The notes under the pieces are model-generated. The model did no database searches. It was not told the DNA's origin and saw only the letters and a list, made by a program, of their open reading frames with translations. This document shows positions 46,168 through 54,676 of a stretch of DNA of 64,000 bases, in pieces. The stretch is from a virus, in IMG/VR virus record IMGVR_UViG_3300012921_000081, positions 1,206-65,205 of that record; one strand, written 5' to 3'. Both the position numbers and the translations under genes were made by a program. How positions within the stretch are numbered: the stretch's first letter is position 1; every line of letters begins with the position of its first letter.

Positions 46168-46426
46168 TGCGCGTCTCCTTTTTTGCGGGGATGATCTCGT
46201 TGGCGAGTCCGCCATCCATTCTGTCGCGGACCTGAACTCGGTTGGTACACGGATGAAGCGAGGCACTCCTGGCGAGCGTGCCGCCGTCTGATCCATCGCA
46301 CCATCCCCAAGGAAACTCGGTGCCGTCGTCTTGGATCTGCGTCACGACGTACCGGTGGCGGCAATTGCATTCATGTCCAGCAGCTGGTTCGGGGCTGAAG
46401 CAAGGGCAGTCGCTGAAGTGGCTCAT
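46133..46426 (-). CDS. Small Cys-containing hypothetical protein
   Basis: ATGA coupling at 46426; overlaps the start of the RecU-like gene. Confidence 0.45.
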   Translation of the reverse strand: MSHFSDCPCFSPEPAAGHECNCRHRYVVTQIQDDGTEFPWGWCDGSDGGTLARSASLHPCTNRVQVRDRMDGGLANEIIPAKKETRNDARSTTDGRR

Positions 46427-46602
46427 TGCTTTCCTCGGCATGTTGGGCAAGGCTTGGTGACGGCCGTTAATGGGATGCGATTACCGAACTGGTTCGTACA
46501 GGTTTGCGTTCTGACGATGCCTGACCCGCCGCATGTCGGGCAGCGGGTCGGAGGTTCGCCCTTCACGGGGATGCGGGGAAACGGTTGATGATTCGTGTTC
46601 AT
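46423..46602 (-). CDS. 59-aa DnaJ-type zinc-finger protein (below ORF-track cutoff)
   Basis: Manual: MNTNHQPF...CPTCGGSG...CPTCRGKQ*; ATGA overlaps at both ends. Confidence 0.7.
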   Translation of the reverse strand: MNTNHQPFPRIPVKGEPPTRCPTCGGSGIVRTQTCTNQFGNRIPLTAVTKPCPTCRGKQ

Positions 46603-46967
46603 GACGTGGCCTTTGTGAGATATGCGTCGTGCTCGGCCTTCAGCGCAGCCTCATTTGCCTCGCACCAGTCGTACCACGTTCCCTCAAAGTCCGTGGGCTG
46701 CAACTTGCACAGCCGATAGGTCGCGTGCCAAAACTGGCCACCGATGCGGCGATTGGTCTTTGGATCGCGGCCGTCCCAGAACCCGGTCGCTGGGCGTTGG
46801 CACATGATGTAGGCGTGGACCTCCTCACCCGGAGCGGGCCAATCGTCGTTGCTCAGGATCCTGCACACAATCCCGCCACTGGCTACGCGCAGCATGATCG
46901 TGGGGCGATCGACATCCAGAGTTCCACCGTCAGCCGGACCGTCGATGAATGTTGCGGTTGAATGCAT
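46599..46967 (-). CDS. Hypothetical protein
   Basis: MHSTATFIDGPADG...; TGATG coupling. Confidence 0.65.
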   Translation of the reverse strand: MHSTATFIDGPADGGTLDVDRPTIMLRVASGGIVCRILSNDDWPAPGEEVHAYIMCQRPATGFWDGRDPKTNRRIGGQFWHATYRLCKLQPTDFEGTWYDWCEANEAALKAEHDAYLTKATS

Positions 46968-47170
46968 CACGCACCGCCTTTCGTCGTCGCCTCGATGGAC
47001 CGCGCACATCGAACCAACTGGAGAAACGGACTCGGCCGACGATTCGGTAGCAACCGATTGAGGTGGACCCAGACGCCAGCCCAGTAGCCAAACATCACGA
47101 ACTTGTACTTCGAGAGCGAAGAGATTGCTTTGCTCGCCGCCTCATCGAGCTCTCTCTCAATGTCCTTCAT
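46967..47170 (-). CDS. Small hypothetical protein
   Basis: Coupled on both sides; KFVMFGYWAGVWVHLNRL. Confidence 0.65.
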   Translation of the reverse strand: MKDIERELDEAASKAISSLSKYKFVMFGYWAGVWVHLNRLLPNRRPSPFLQLVRCARSIEATTKGGA

Positions 47171-47628
47171 TACGCACCATTCCTTGAGTCTTCCGGATGC
47201 TGATGCTCGCGCGGGCCGAGTCGGGTCTTGAATCCGTGCTTGTCACTGGTCAAGTTAAACTTCTCGACCACGGCCGATCCAAGATCGATGTTCAGCTTGC
47301 GGGCCAGTAGATCTGCTGTGATCACAACGTCGGCAAGCTCTCGCCGCATATTGTCTCGATCAATCGATCCTCCCGCGAGCCCGTGCTCGGATCTGATCTG
47401 TTTCTTTATCTGGTTTGCAAGCTCGCCAACTTCGCCGAAGAGTTCCAACAACGCGAACTCGATACCAAACTTCACTCCTTTAGGATTCCACTCCAAGCCA
47501 CGTGCGTCATTCGCGGCCGCAAGCTCGCCGAAGCTGAGGTTGAGAGGTTCGACCACGTCACGGCACTTCGAACACAGTCTCCCGTCATCTTCCTCGTGAT
47601 AGACCCCGCACCTGCAGTAGCCGCTCAT
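47170..47628 (-). CDS. mazG: MazG-like nucleotide pyrophosphohydrolase
   Basis: LELFGEVGELANQIKK...RELADVVITADLLA..LNIDL..AVVEKFN. Confidence 0.88.
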   Translation of the reverse strand: MSGYCRCGVYHEEDDGRLCSKCRDVVEPLNLSFGELAAANDARGLEWNPKGVKFGIEFALLELFGEVGELANQIKKQIRSEHGLAGGSIDRDNMRRELADVVITADLLARKLNIDLGSAVVEKFNLTSDKHGFKTRLGPREHQHPEDSRNGA

Positions 47629-47870
47629 GCAGCGTCCTCCTGAATGGACGGACCGGCAACGGTCGTGTCAGCCACGGGAGCATGAGCCTCATCCAGTTCC
47701 GACCGCAGGACGCGCACGCTCGCCAGTGGCGCCTCGATTCCGATGCGAACTCTCCGGCCGCCTTTCCGCCTCTCGCGGATATCGACGACGTTGATGACGA
47801 TGCTCGGCTTCTTCTCTCCATTGAGGTAGAGATTGATTGATTGGTCCTTCTCACGTGTCAGCACCAGCAT
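47625..47870 (-). CDS. csrA: Carbon storage regulator CsrA/RsmA homolog
   Basis: MLVLTREKDQSI...VRIGIEAP..VRVLRSEL; AAGGAGG RBS. Confidence 0.9.
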   Translation of the reverse strand: MLVLTREKDQSINLYLNGEKKPSIVINVVDIRERRKGGRRVRIGIEAPLASVRVLRSELDEAHAPVADTTVAGPSIQEDAA

Positions 47871-48016
47871 TCGAGCCTCCTTGCGTTTGTGTGTTTCGAG
47901 ACAAAGGGCGGGTGTTGGCTTTCAACCGCCGCGCGCCGGAACCACCCAGCGCTCGCGCCACCCGCCGGGGCCGGTCGAGCGATCACACCGATCGCCCAGC
48001 CACCGACCCGGTGGAC

Positions 48017-49114
48017 TTAGCGCCGGGACTTGGCGGACTTACCCGCTGACTTTCCGGCTTTCTTCTTCGCAGCTGCCTTCGTGCCCGCCTTCCGGTTCGC
48101 GGCTTCGTCGCGCTTGCGGGTGCGGCTCGCTGATCCACCCTGCGGACCAGTCGGAGCGTTGTCGGTGCCATCACCCTTGCCCGCCAGATCCCGCTCGCTC
48201 TCGTACACGGCCGCGGCGAGGGGACTGATGCGGCGGACGGTCTCGATGAGGCCCGACCGTCCGATGGCAAGCAATGCATCCCGGACCACGATGCTGGGTT
48301 CGATGAGCTGCAGTCGGCACACACGGTCGACCAGGAACGCCGCCAAGCGGAGGTCGATGTAGCTGGACAGCTGCTTTCCTTCCTTGGCGGCCTTCACCAG
48401 CAGGACCATGAGGTGAGTCGGATTCTCGATGCCGGCGGACTGGGCGATGAAGTTGACATCTTCAAAGCGATCGATGTACTTGCCGCCCACTTCGAGCTTG
48501 AGCGGCTGGGCGCTCGCGTCCGCGATCGGTTCCTCCGCCCAGGACTTGGCGATCCAAGAAGGGTCCTTCTTGCCCGGACCACGATGGGCCGCGATCAACT
48601 CTGCGTCACGTTCCGTCATGGCTTCTGGCGAGAACCCCAAGTCGTCCTTCTCGGCGACATCGCCAAGCGGCATCTGGCCGTCGACGTCCTGCTGCTTGTC
48701 AGCCTCTTCCTTCTTTGTGCGCTCTTCGTGCTTTGCCTTTGCATCCTCCCGCTGCTGCTTGGTCATCTGCGCGAAGAGCGACTTGGGATCGTCGATGTCG
48801 ACGTCGTCGTCGTGCAAAGTTCCCTGTGCATCTTCGTCGATGATCTCGTCCGCACGATCCGCGTACTTCTGGATGGCGTTGCGATGATGCTCGATCTTCC
48901 GCTGGGTCACGAGCAGATCTGCGGCGAGGTTCCTGAACTCATCCGAGTCCTTGTCCTTATAGCCGATCTCGTCAATCTGCCCCTCCAGGTCCTTGCGTTG
49001 CTTGAGGAGGTCATCGAGCCCGCTCTTGAGGTCGAGCCGGAACTTGCGGCACTTGCGGAGGGCCACGCTGGTCCTCGCGCTGAATGGTGAGTTTGAGATC
49101 TCTGTCTTTGACAT
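48017..49114 (-). CDS. Hypothetical coiled-coil protein with basic tail
   Basis: AAGGA RBS before MSKTEIS; 365 aa. Confidence 0.7.
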   Translation of the reverse strand: MSKTEISNSPFSARTSVALRKCRKFRLDLKSGLDDLLKQRKDLEGQIDEIGYKDKDSDEFRNLAADLLVTQRKIEHHRNAIQKYADRADEIIDEDAQGTLHDDDVDIDDPKSLFAQMTKQQREDAKAKHEERTKKEEADKQQDVDGQMPLGDVAEKDDLGFSPEAMTERDAELIAAHRGPGKKDPSWIAKSWAEEPIADASAQPLKLEVGGKYIDRFEDVNFIAQSAGIENPTHLMVLLVKAAKEGKQLSSYIDLRLAAFLVDRVCRLQLIEPSIVVRDALLAIGRSGLIETVRRISPLAAAVYESERDLAGKGDGTDNAPTGPQGGSASRTRKRDEAANRKAGTKAAAKKKAGKSAGKSAKSRR

Positions 49115-49148
49115 CGTGTCTGTCCTTGAATGGTTGAGAGGGTGAATA

Positions 49149-49379
49149 TCAGCGTTCAACGATCGCGTTTCGCGCCCACCGCTCGACGGTCTCCAGCATC
49201 CATTTGGACGCGGATGAGCGATCGACATTTGACACATACTGAGCAACGCCACCGGTGCCCATTGGTGTGGCGAGCACGACGAAGCCGGTGCCTTCAGGAA
49301 GCTTCGCCTTCACCACTGTTGCGATGTCGATGAACAACGCCTTGAGCTCCTGCTCTGTCATGTCGTCGAGCGTCTTCAT
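49149..49379 (-). CDS. Small hypothetical protein
   Basis: ORF track; ATGA overlap. Confidence 0.7.
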   Translation of the reverse strand: MKTLDDMTEQELKALFIDIATVVKAKLPEGTGFVVLATPMGTGGVAQYVSNVDRSSASKWMLETVERWARNAIVER

Positions 49380-49678
49380 GCGTACCGGCTCGCCTTCTTC
49401 GCTGCACGCCGCCGCATGCTTTCGAGCATCCGTCGTGCTTTGCGATTGCCGCCGGCGGGGACGTCCGTGCCTTTGAACCGTTCGAGGTCCACCTGGTCGT
49501 GCGAGGCCTTCAACGCCGCGATCTGGGCAGTCCAGGCTGCCATCCGCGCGGCGAGCTTCTGTGCGCTTGGGTGATGCGCGGCGGCATCCGCACTGACGGG
49601 TACGAGCCGCTCGCCGCGCATCCGTGCTTGTTCGATCTCCTGCGTTGTCTTGTAGACTTGTCCAGTGTCAGGGTTCAT
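49376..49678 (-). CDS. Hypothetical protein
   Basis: AAGGAG RBS; MNPDTGQVY. Confidence 0.7.
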   Translation of the reverse strand: MNPDTGQVYKTTQEIEQARMRGERLVPVSADAAAHHPSAQKLAARMAAWTAQIAALKASHDQVDLERFKGTDVPAGGNRKARRMLESMRRRAAKKASRYA

Positions 49679-49727
49679 CCGATGAAACTCCTTGAGAGAT
49701 GTGCTGTGCGCTCCAGCGCCAGCGGTG

Positions 49728-50624
49728 TTACTTCGCGGCCGCGCCGTGCGCTGGCCCGTTGATGATCAAAACTTCCTCGCAGTCATTTCCCCGCTGGTTC
49801 GTGGAGGAATGCCGCAGCCAGGTCCACTGGGGAGCGGAGTACAGACGCTCAATCAGGTGATGAGCGCCGTAGCGAATGACGATGCGGACGTTCCTGAACG
49901 TCGCCACCTTTGCGGCGATGCGGCCGTGGTACGCCGAGCTCACCTTGTGCTTGTACTCGTCGCCCAGATCGGGCCACGGGAGATCGATATACAAGCCGTG
50001 ATACGGCTCGTCCTTCACGCGATCGAGGAACTCAAGCGCGTCAAATGCGCTGAACTCCCAGAACTTGAGCGCGGCTCCCCAGGCCTCGAGCGACTCGACG
50101 GCCGACCGGAACCTGGTGCTGCTTGCACCGCCCGACGACGTGAAGCGGATCGCAAGGTTCTGGTTGAACTCGCGGACCTTACCGGCCTCGCCGCCGCGTC
50201 CCATCCAGGACGCCACGAAGTAGTCCGCCGCCCAATCCACGTCGCCGTTCTCGCGCAGAAGCACGGGTGCCGAACCGTCGCCAAAGAGTCCGCCGGTTGC
50301 CCCTTCGGCCTCCCGCTCGATGCATCGCTGCTGGGCCTGGGCCAGCTCCACGGGATGAAACAGGCGAGACTCGAGCAGTTCGATGAGCCGGCCACGCTGA
50401 TCGTTATGCCGGACCACCCGGGCGAGGTTGATGATGTGGGAGTGCAGGTCGTTGGCGAGGCCGGCAGTTGTGTCGATATGCGGGATCTCGCCAGCGCCGC
50501 CGACACACGGGATACCACACCAGCGCAGTCGTCCCAGTTGACGGCCGACCATTTCACCGCCGCTCCGGTTCGATCCGAACCAGTTGGCCAGCGAGGTGAT
50601 CTTCATTTCGCGGACGGGGTTCAT
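49728..50624 (-). CDS. Dam/D12-class adenine methyltransferase homolog with atypical motifs
   Basis: NWFGSN, PCVGGAG, ANDLHSHIINLARVVR, YIDLPW in place of DPPY. Confidence 0.7.
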   Translation of the reverse strand: MNPVREMKITSLANWFGSNRSGGEMVGRQLGRLRWCGIPCVGGAGEIPHIDTTAGLANDLHSHIINLARVVRHNDQRGRLIELLESRLFHPVELAQAQQRCIEREAEGATGGLFGDGSAPVLLRENGDVDWAADYFVASWMGRGGEAGKVREFNQNLAIRFTSSGGASSTRFRSAVESLEAWGAALKFWEFSAFDALEFLDRVKDEPYHGLYIDLPWPDLGDEYKHKVSSAYHGRIAAKVATFRNVRIVIRYGAHHLIERLYSAPQWTWLRHSSTNQRGNDCEEVLIINGPAHGAAAK

Positions 50625-52222
50625 TCCTCGTCCTCCCCGTCGTCATTGCTGCTGCCTGGCTTCTTCCCCTTGCCCGCCTTCCCCTTCGCTGACTTGGCGG
50701 ACGCTTTCTTGTCGTCGCTCCAGAAGTCCTCGAACTTGGGTGCTGGCTTCGCGACCTCGACGCCGAATGCCTTGGCAAACGTCTCCCCGACCGTCGGGTC
50801 AACCATGCCGCAAAACCGTGCGAAATCGACTGCGTCAATCTTCGCGTCCTCCATCACCGCCTTGAGTGCCTCGTCATCGAGCTTCGCCGCGACGGAGAGG
50901 AGCTTCCGCCATCCCGGCTTTGCGATGCTCTTTTGCCTGTCTGCCGGACTCCAATGCGACAGGTCACGAATGTCGCGGCATTCAGTCAGGTGCAAAAGCA
51001 CCGCTTTCCTCGTCGGAGTAAATGCCTGCCCGACGATCTGTGTGCTGATCGCATGGGCCCACTTCGAGCAGGCATGCTCGAACTTGCGCTTGGCGATCTG
51101 CTTGGGGTGATCCCAGGCGTCAGGGTGAGGCTCATTCTTCTTGCCCGCGGCGGCAACCTTTGATGCTGACTTCGGATCGACTGCCTTCTGGGCCTGACGC
51201 ACGAACGTGGAATCGCGCACGATCTTGGGGATCAGATTGCCAAGACCCGTCTTGGTGACTTCGAGGTCCTTGGACTTCTTCTTGGCGTCAACCACTTTCT
51301 CGACGCCGGCGACGATCGCCTTCTGCGTCACGCGCTTCTTGTTGTCGAAGCACCGCTGATTGCGGCAGACGTTGCCCTCGGGGTTGTGCTCTTTCGGGGC
51401 TCCCTCGAACAGCTGCGGATCGTTCGCGGTGTTGCTCGGGCATCCCTGGCACGCGGGCGCACCAGCGAATGCGACGTCGAGGCGCCATGGGACCACCTTG
51501 AGCGAGTACATGGACTCCGTAACTTTCCGCTGCAGGACCTCGAACGGTTCAAGGCCGACACCCGGCGTCTTGGACTCGAGCGCGCGGTATCCGATGATGT
51601 CGTGCGCGATGTCTTCGCACCGGCGAGGATCGGAGACCTTTGCCAGTTCCCTCGCGTAGGGCAGCGGGAGGTAACCACCCGCAAGCCAGGACAGGACCTT
51701 CGGCGGGAGCTTGCGGACGTACTGACGATCTCGCACCCAGGCAACGCTCTTGCCCATGCGCTGGGCGGTGATGACCATGTCGCCGCCCGCCTGGTCAAGC
51801 ACGCGGCCGACCGCGATGATCTTGTCGAGTTCGGACGGATCTTCGCGGTCGATGTTCTCCGCTGCTTTCCATTGCTGCACCATGTCAGGTTTGTTTGTGA
51901 CGTTGGCCCTGATCGTCGCGTGGCCCAACAGCCGCTTCGCGAAGAACCTGCGTTCACCAAAGACCAGGACAAAGCGGTCCGTCTCTGGCTCGTCAAGCAC
52001 GCCGATGGGCTGCAGGAGCGAGTTCGCTTGGATCGACTTCGCGAGATCCTCGATCGAGGTCGTGCTCGACGCCCGAGCCGATCTGTTCTCCGCCGGCTTC
52101 ACGATGATGCGATCCATCGGGATGTCGTGTTCGCCGACGGGCAGTGGGTCTCTCCGCTTGCCCGGCGGAGGGATGATCGCCTTGAGTTCTGGCTCGGGTG
52201 CTGGCTTCGGCTTCTTGCTCAT
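50621..52222 (-). CDS. parB: ParB/RepB/Spo0J-family protein with C-terminal Cys cluster
   Basis: LAKSIQANSLLQPIGV...VFGERRF.A...AENIDRED; CQGC...C..RC. Confidence 0.88.
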   Translation of the reverse strand: MSKKPKPAPEPELKAIIPPPGKRRDPLPVGEHDIPMDRIIVKPAENRSARASSTTSIEDLAKSIQANSLLQPIGVLDEPETDRFVLVFGERRFFAKRLLGHATIRANVTNKPDMVQQWKAAENIDREDPSELDKIIAVGRVLDQAGGDMVITAQRMGKSVAWVRDRQYVRKLPPKVLSWLAGGYLPLPYARELAKVSDPRRCEDIAHDIIGYRALESKTPGVGLEPFEVLQRKVTESMYSLKVVPWRLDVAFAGAPACQGCPSNTANDPQLFEGAPKEHNPEGNVCRNQRCFDNKKRVTQKAIVAGVEKVVDAKKKSKDLEVTKTGLGNLIPKIVRDSTFVRQAQKAVDPKSASKVAAAGKKNEPHPDAWDHPKQIAKRKFEHACSKWAHAISTQIVGQAFTPTRKAVLLHLTECRDIRDLSHWSPADRQKSIAKPGWRKLLSVAAKLDDEALKAVMEDAKIDAVDFARFCGMVDPTVGETFAKAFGVEVAKPAPKFEDFWSDDKKASAKSAKGKAGKGKKPGSSNDDGEDEE

Positions 52223-52437
52223 TGCTGTGGCTCCTGGCTCACGCCAATCGGCGCGGCGGTGTTACGAGCGGCCTCCTCGGCCGCGATTTCTTGTTTGATC
52301 TGGATGATGCGTGCGGCGTCGTCCATCGCGTCTGCGAATGCGCTCAATGGGTTGAAGCCCGAGGAGCCGACCGTGATGCCATCCAGTTCGTAGATGGCGA
52401 GGTACAGGTGGTTGCTGATGCGCGTGACGGTCAGCAT
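52219..52437 (-). CDS. Small hypothetical protein
   Basis: AGGAG RBS before MLTVTRIS; coupled to parB. Confidence 0.55.
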   Translation of the reverse strand: MLTVTRISNHLYLAIYELDGITVGSSGFNPLSAFADAMDDAARIIQIKQEIAAEEAARNTAAPIGVSQEPQQ

Positions 52438-52841
52438 GAAGCATGCTCCTGAAGGACTGGAAGATCTCGGCGAGTGGTTGAACGGGGCGGCCTTGCGACC
52501 CGCGCAGAAGATCTGCACTGCGGCGACGGCCGCGCTTCTGCGCGATGGGTCGGATTGAGGACGGCGTCGAGTTGTCCCGCAGCGAACAGCCTGAGTTCGA
52601 CGGCCTCGGCGATCGACCGCCCTTCACGCGTGAACGTCCAGGACGCCTCACGCGGACCAGTTGCAGCGCCGTCGAAGCGCAGGAGGATCCCCTCGGCGAC
52701 GAGCATGCGTAGAGTCGTCGCGGGATCGAACCCACCACAGAAGCGATGAGCGTCCGACCGGTGCATCGGGCGGGCGAGTCCGAGCAGTCGCATCAGAATG
52801 CGTTCAGCAAGAATCCATTCGCTGGGTGGGCGGGCGCTCAT
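52431..52841 (-). CDS. Small winged-helix-like hypothetical protein
   Basis: ATGA coupling; TLRMLVAEGILLRF...WTFTREG. Confidence 0.5.
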   Translation of the reverse strand: MSARPPSEWILAERILMRLLGLARPMHRSDAHRFCGGFDPATTLRMLVAEGILLRFDGAATGPREASWTFTREGRSIAEAVELRLFAAGQLDAVLNPTHRAEARPSPQCRSSARVARPPRSTTRRDLPVLQEHASC

Positions 52842-54676
52842 TTCAGCCCCGCCGGAAAGAGGATCGGTGCGGCGGTCACCTGGCCACGGCCGCGGACGAT
52901 GAATCCACGTGAGCTGAGTGTTGAGAGGTAGTTGTTGAATGTGCCGCTGACGGCGTAGCCCGTTGCCTTGGCCAAGCTCTCGACGGTGATTGGTTTGTTG
53001 CCGCCCGCGACTCGATACTTAAGCAGCGCATCGAGGATTGATGCGGCGGGTCGATCGAGCGTCGCGATGACTTGATCATGCAGAGCTGCCAGAGTGCGCG
53101 GCGCGTGTGGACGATCGGCGATGTGATGGCCCTGTGCGGTGAGAGCAACGGAGCCGCGGTCCCGCGTGATCAGACCAGCAGTGCTGAGCTGGCTGAGGTA
53201 GTTGTTAAAAGTTCCGCTCACCGCGTAGCCGGCGATTGATGCGGCTTGCGTGACCGTTGGATCTGCGACGCCGATCATCTTCCACCACGCGAGGCCACTG
53301 AGGATCTTGCGACATGGTGCGGACAGGGAACCAGCCCCTCCCTTTACCGCCGTGGCGCTGGCCCGATTGCCAGCGCCGCCGCCGCGTGGGTGCCCACCGA
53401 CCGTCCGAGCGGCACTGACTTGGGATCCGTTTTCCTCGGACTGCTGCGGATCCGCGCCACCAAGGTCGGGCCGGGTTTCCCCGGCGGAGGGCAAGTGGTA
53501 CTTCATTACCTGGGTCGATTCGACATCCCGGATGGAGTCGAGTTCGCCGAGCTGTTGTTCGAGATGGGTGCTTGCAATCCGCAACGCGTCCTGCACAAGC
53601 CGTGCCTTGCCACCAACGAACGTGGCCATCTCCGCGCGTGCCTCTGCGGCTGCCTCCCTGCGAATCGCATCGACGTCGATGGCTGGCGGGAGCAATTCGA
53701 TGCGAGGAAGCGGTTCGGAGTTGCCGCTCGCGCTCAGTCGCGCTTCGAGTTCCGCAACTCGCGCCCGCAACTTCTCCGGGTCGTTGGCTTCCGCCTCAGC
53801 GACTGCCACCGTCATCCTTGCCCGAAGCGCGTCCATGTCGATCGCGGCCGTCGTCACGGACAGGCGCGGAGCATCGTCCGTCGGCGTCGCGCTGCTGTCG
53901 TACGTCGTTATGGCCGGGAACGTCACACGCTTGAGCAATTCCATCGCGGGAAACCAGATCCAACCTTCGCCGCGCTTGAGCCGGGGCAAACCGTGGATGA
54001 CCTCGCGGATGTCCTTCGCTTCAGCCTGGCCCTCGACCCATCGCTCAATCGCCTCGCGATCCTGGGGAGCAACGACCTTCATCGCCACCATCGCCTGGGC
54101 CATGCCGAGCAGGTCCTTGTTGACCTTCGCCGGCCGCTGGCTCGCGAGCACAAGGCGGATGCCTCGGGCGCGGCCGCCCGTCGCCAAACGCTGGAAGCGG
54201 TGCAGCATCCGCTCGTGACCCTTGGGCGGCGTCTGAGGACCAAAAGTGTGGGCCTCATCGATCACGAGGTGCAGGACGCCCGCATTGCGGCGGTAGACGG
54301 TTTCGGCGAAGGCCTCGCCGAACGTGCGCTGCTCGTCGATCAAGAGTTCGGAGACATCGACCACGATCGGCGGCGCGTTCACTTCCGCCGCGAGGCTCGC
54401 GATCGCCTCGCCCATTTGAGCCGCGTCATTCCCGTTGAGAGGGACATCCGCATGGCGACCACCAAACACCACCACGGGAAACCCGGGGCCGGTGCCGGCG
54501 GCGTTGGACTTCAGTCCCCACCACGCGCCGGTCGGGTCAAGCACACATACGCGACGTCCAGCCTCGAGCAAGCGCTCAACGGGACGCTTGATGGTGTAGG
54601 TCTTGCCGCAGCCAGTTGTGCCAAGCACGGCCCAGTGCTGCTGAAGGATCTCTTCGGGAATCTCATAGTGCGACAT
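52838..54676 (-). CDS. HerA/FtsK-like (DUF87) ATPase with two C-terminal wHTH repeats
   Basis: GTTGCGKT, LVIDEAH, GRARG..LASQRP; duplicated GYAVSGTFNNYLS.LS..G.I. Confidence 0.85.
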   Translation of the reverse strand: MSHYEIPEEILQQHWAVLGTTGCGKTYTIKRPVERLLEAGRRVCVLDPTGAWWGLKSNAAGTGPGFPVVVFGGRHADVPLNGNDAAQMGEAIASLAAEVNAPPIVVDVSELLIDEQRTFGEAFAETVYRRNAGVLHLVIDEAHTFGPQTPPKGHERMLHRFQRLATGGRARGIRLVLASQRPAKVNKDLLGMAQAMVAMKVVAPQDREAIERWVEGQAEAKDIREVIHGLPRLKRGEGWIWFPAMELLKRVTFPAITTYDSSATPTDDAPRLSVTTAAIDMDALRARMTVAVAEAEANDPEKLRARVAELEARLSASGNSEPLPRIELLPPAIDVDAIRREAAAEARAEMATFVGGKARLVQDALRIASTHLEQQLGELDSIRDVESTQVMKYHLPSAGETRPDLGGADPQQSEENGSQVSAARTVGGHPRGGGAGNRASATAVKGGAGSLSAPCRKILSGLAWWKMIGVADPTVTQAASIAGYAVSGTFNNYLSQLSTAGLITRDRGSVALTAQGHHIADRPHAPRTLAALHDQVIATLDRPAASILDALLKYRVAGGNKPITVESLAKATGYAVSGTFNNYLSTLSSRGFIVRGRGQVTAAPILFPAGLK

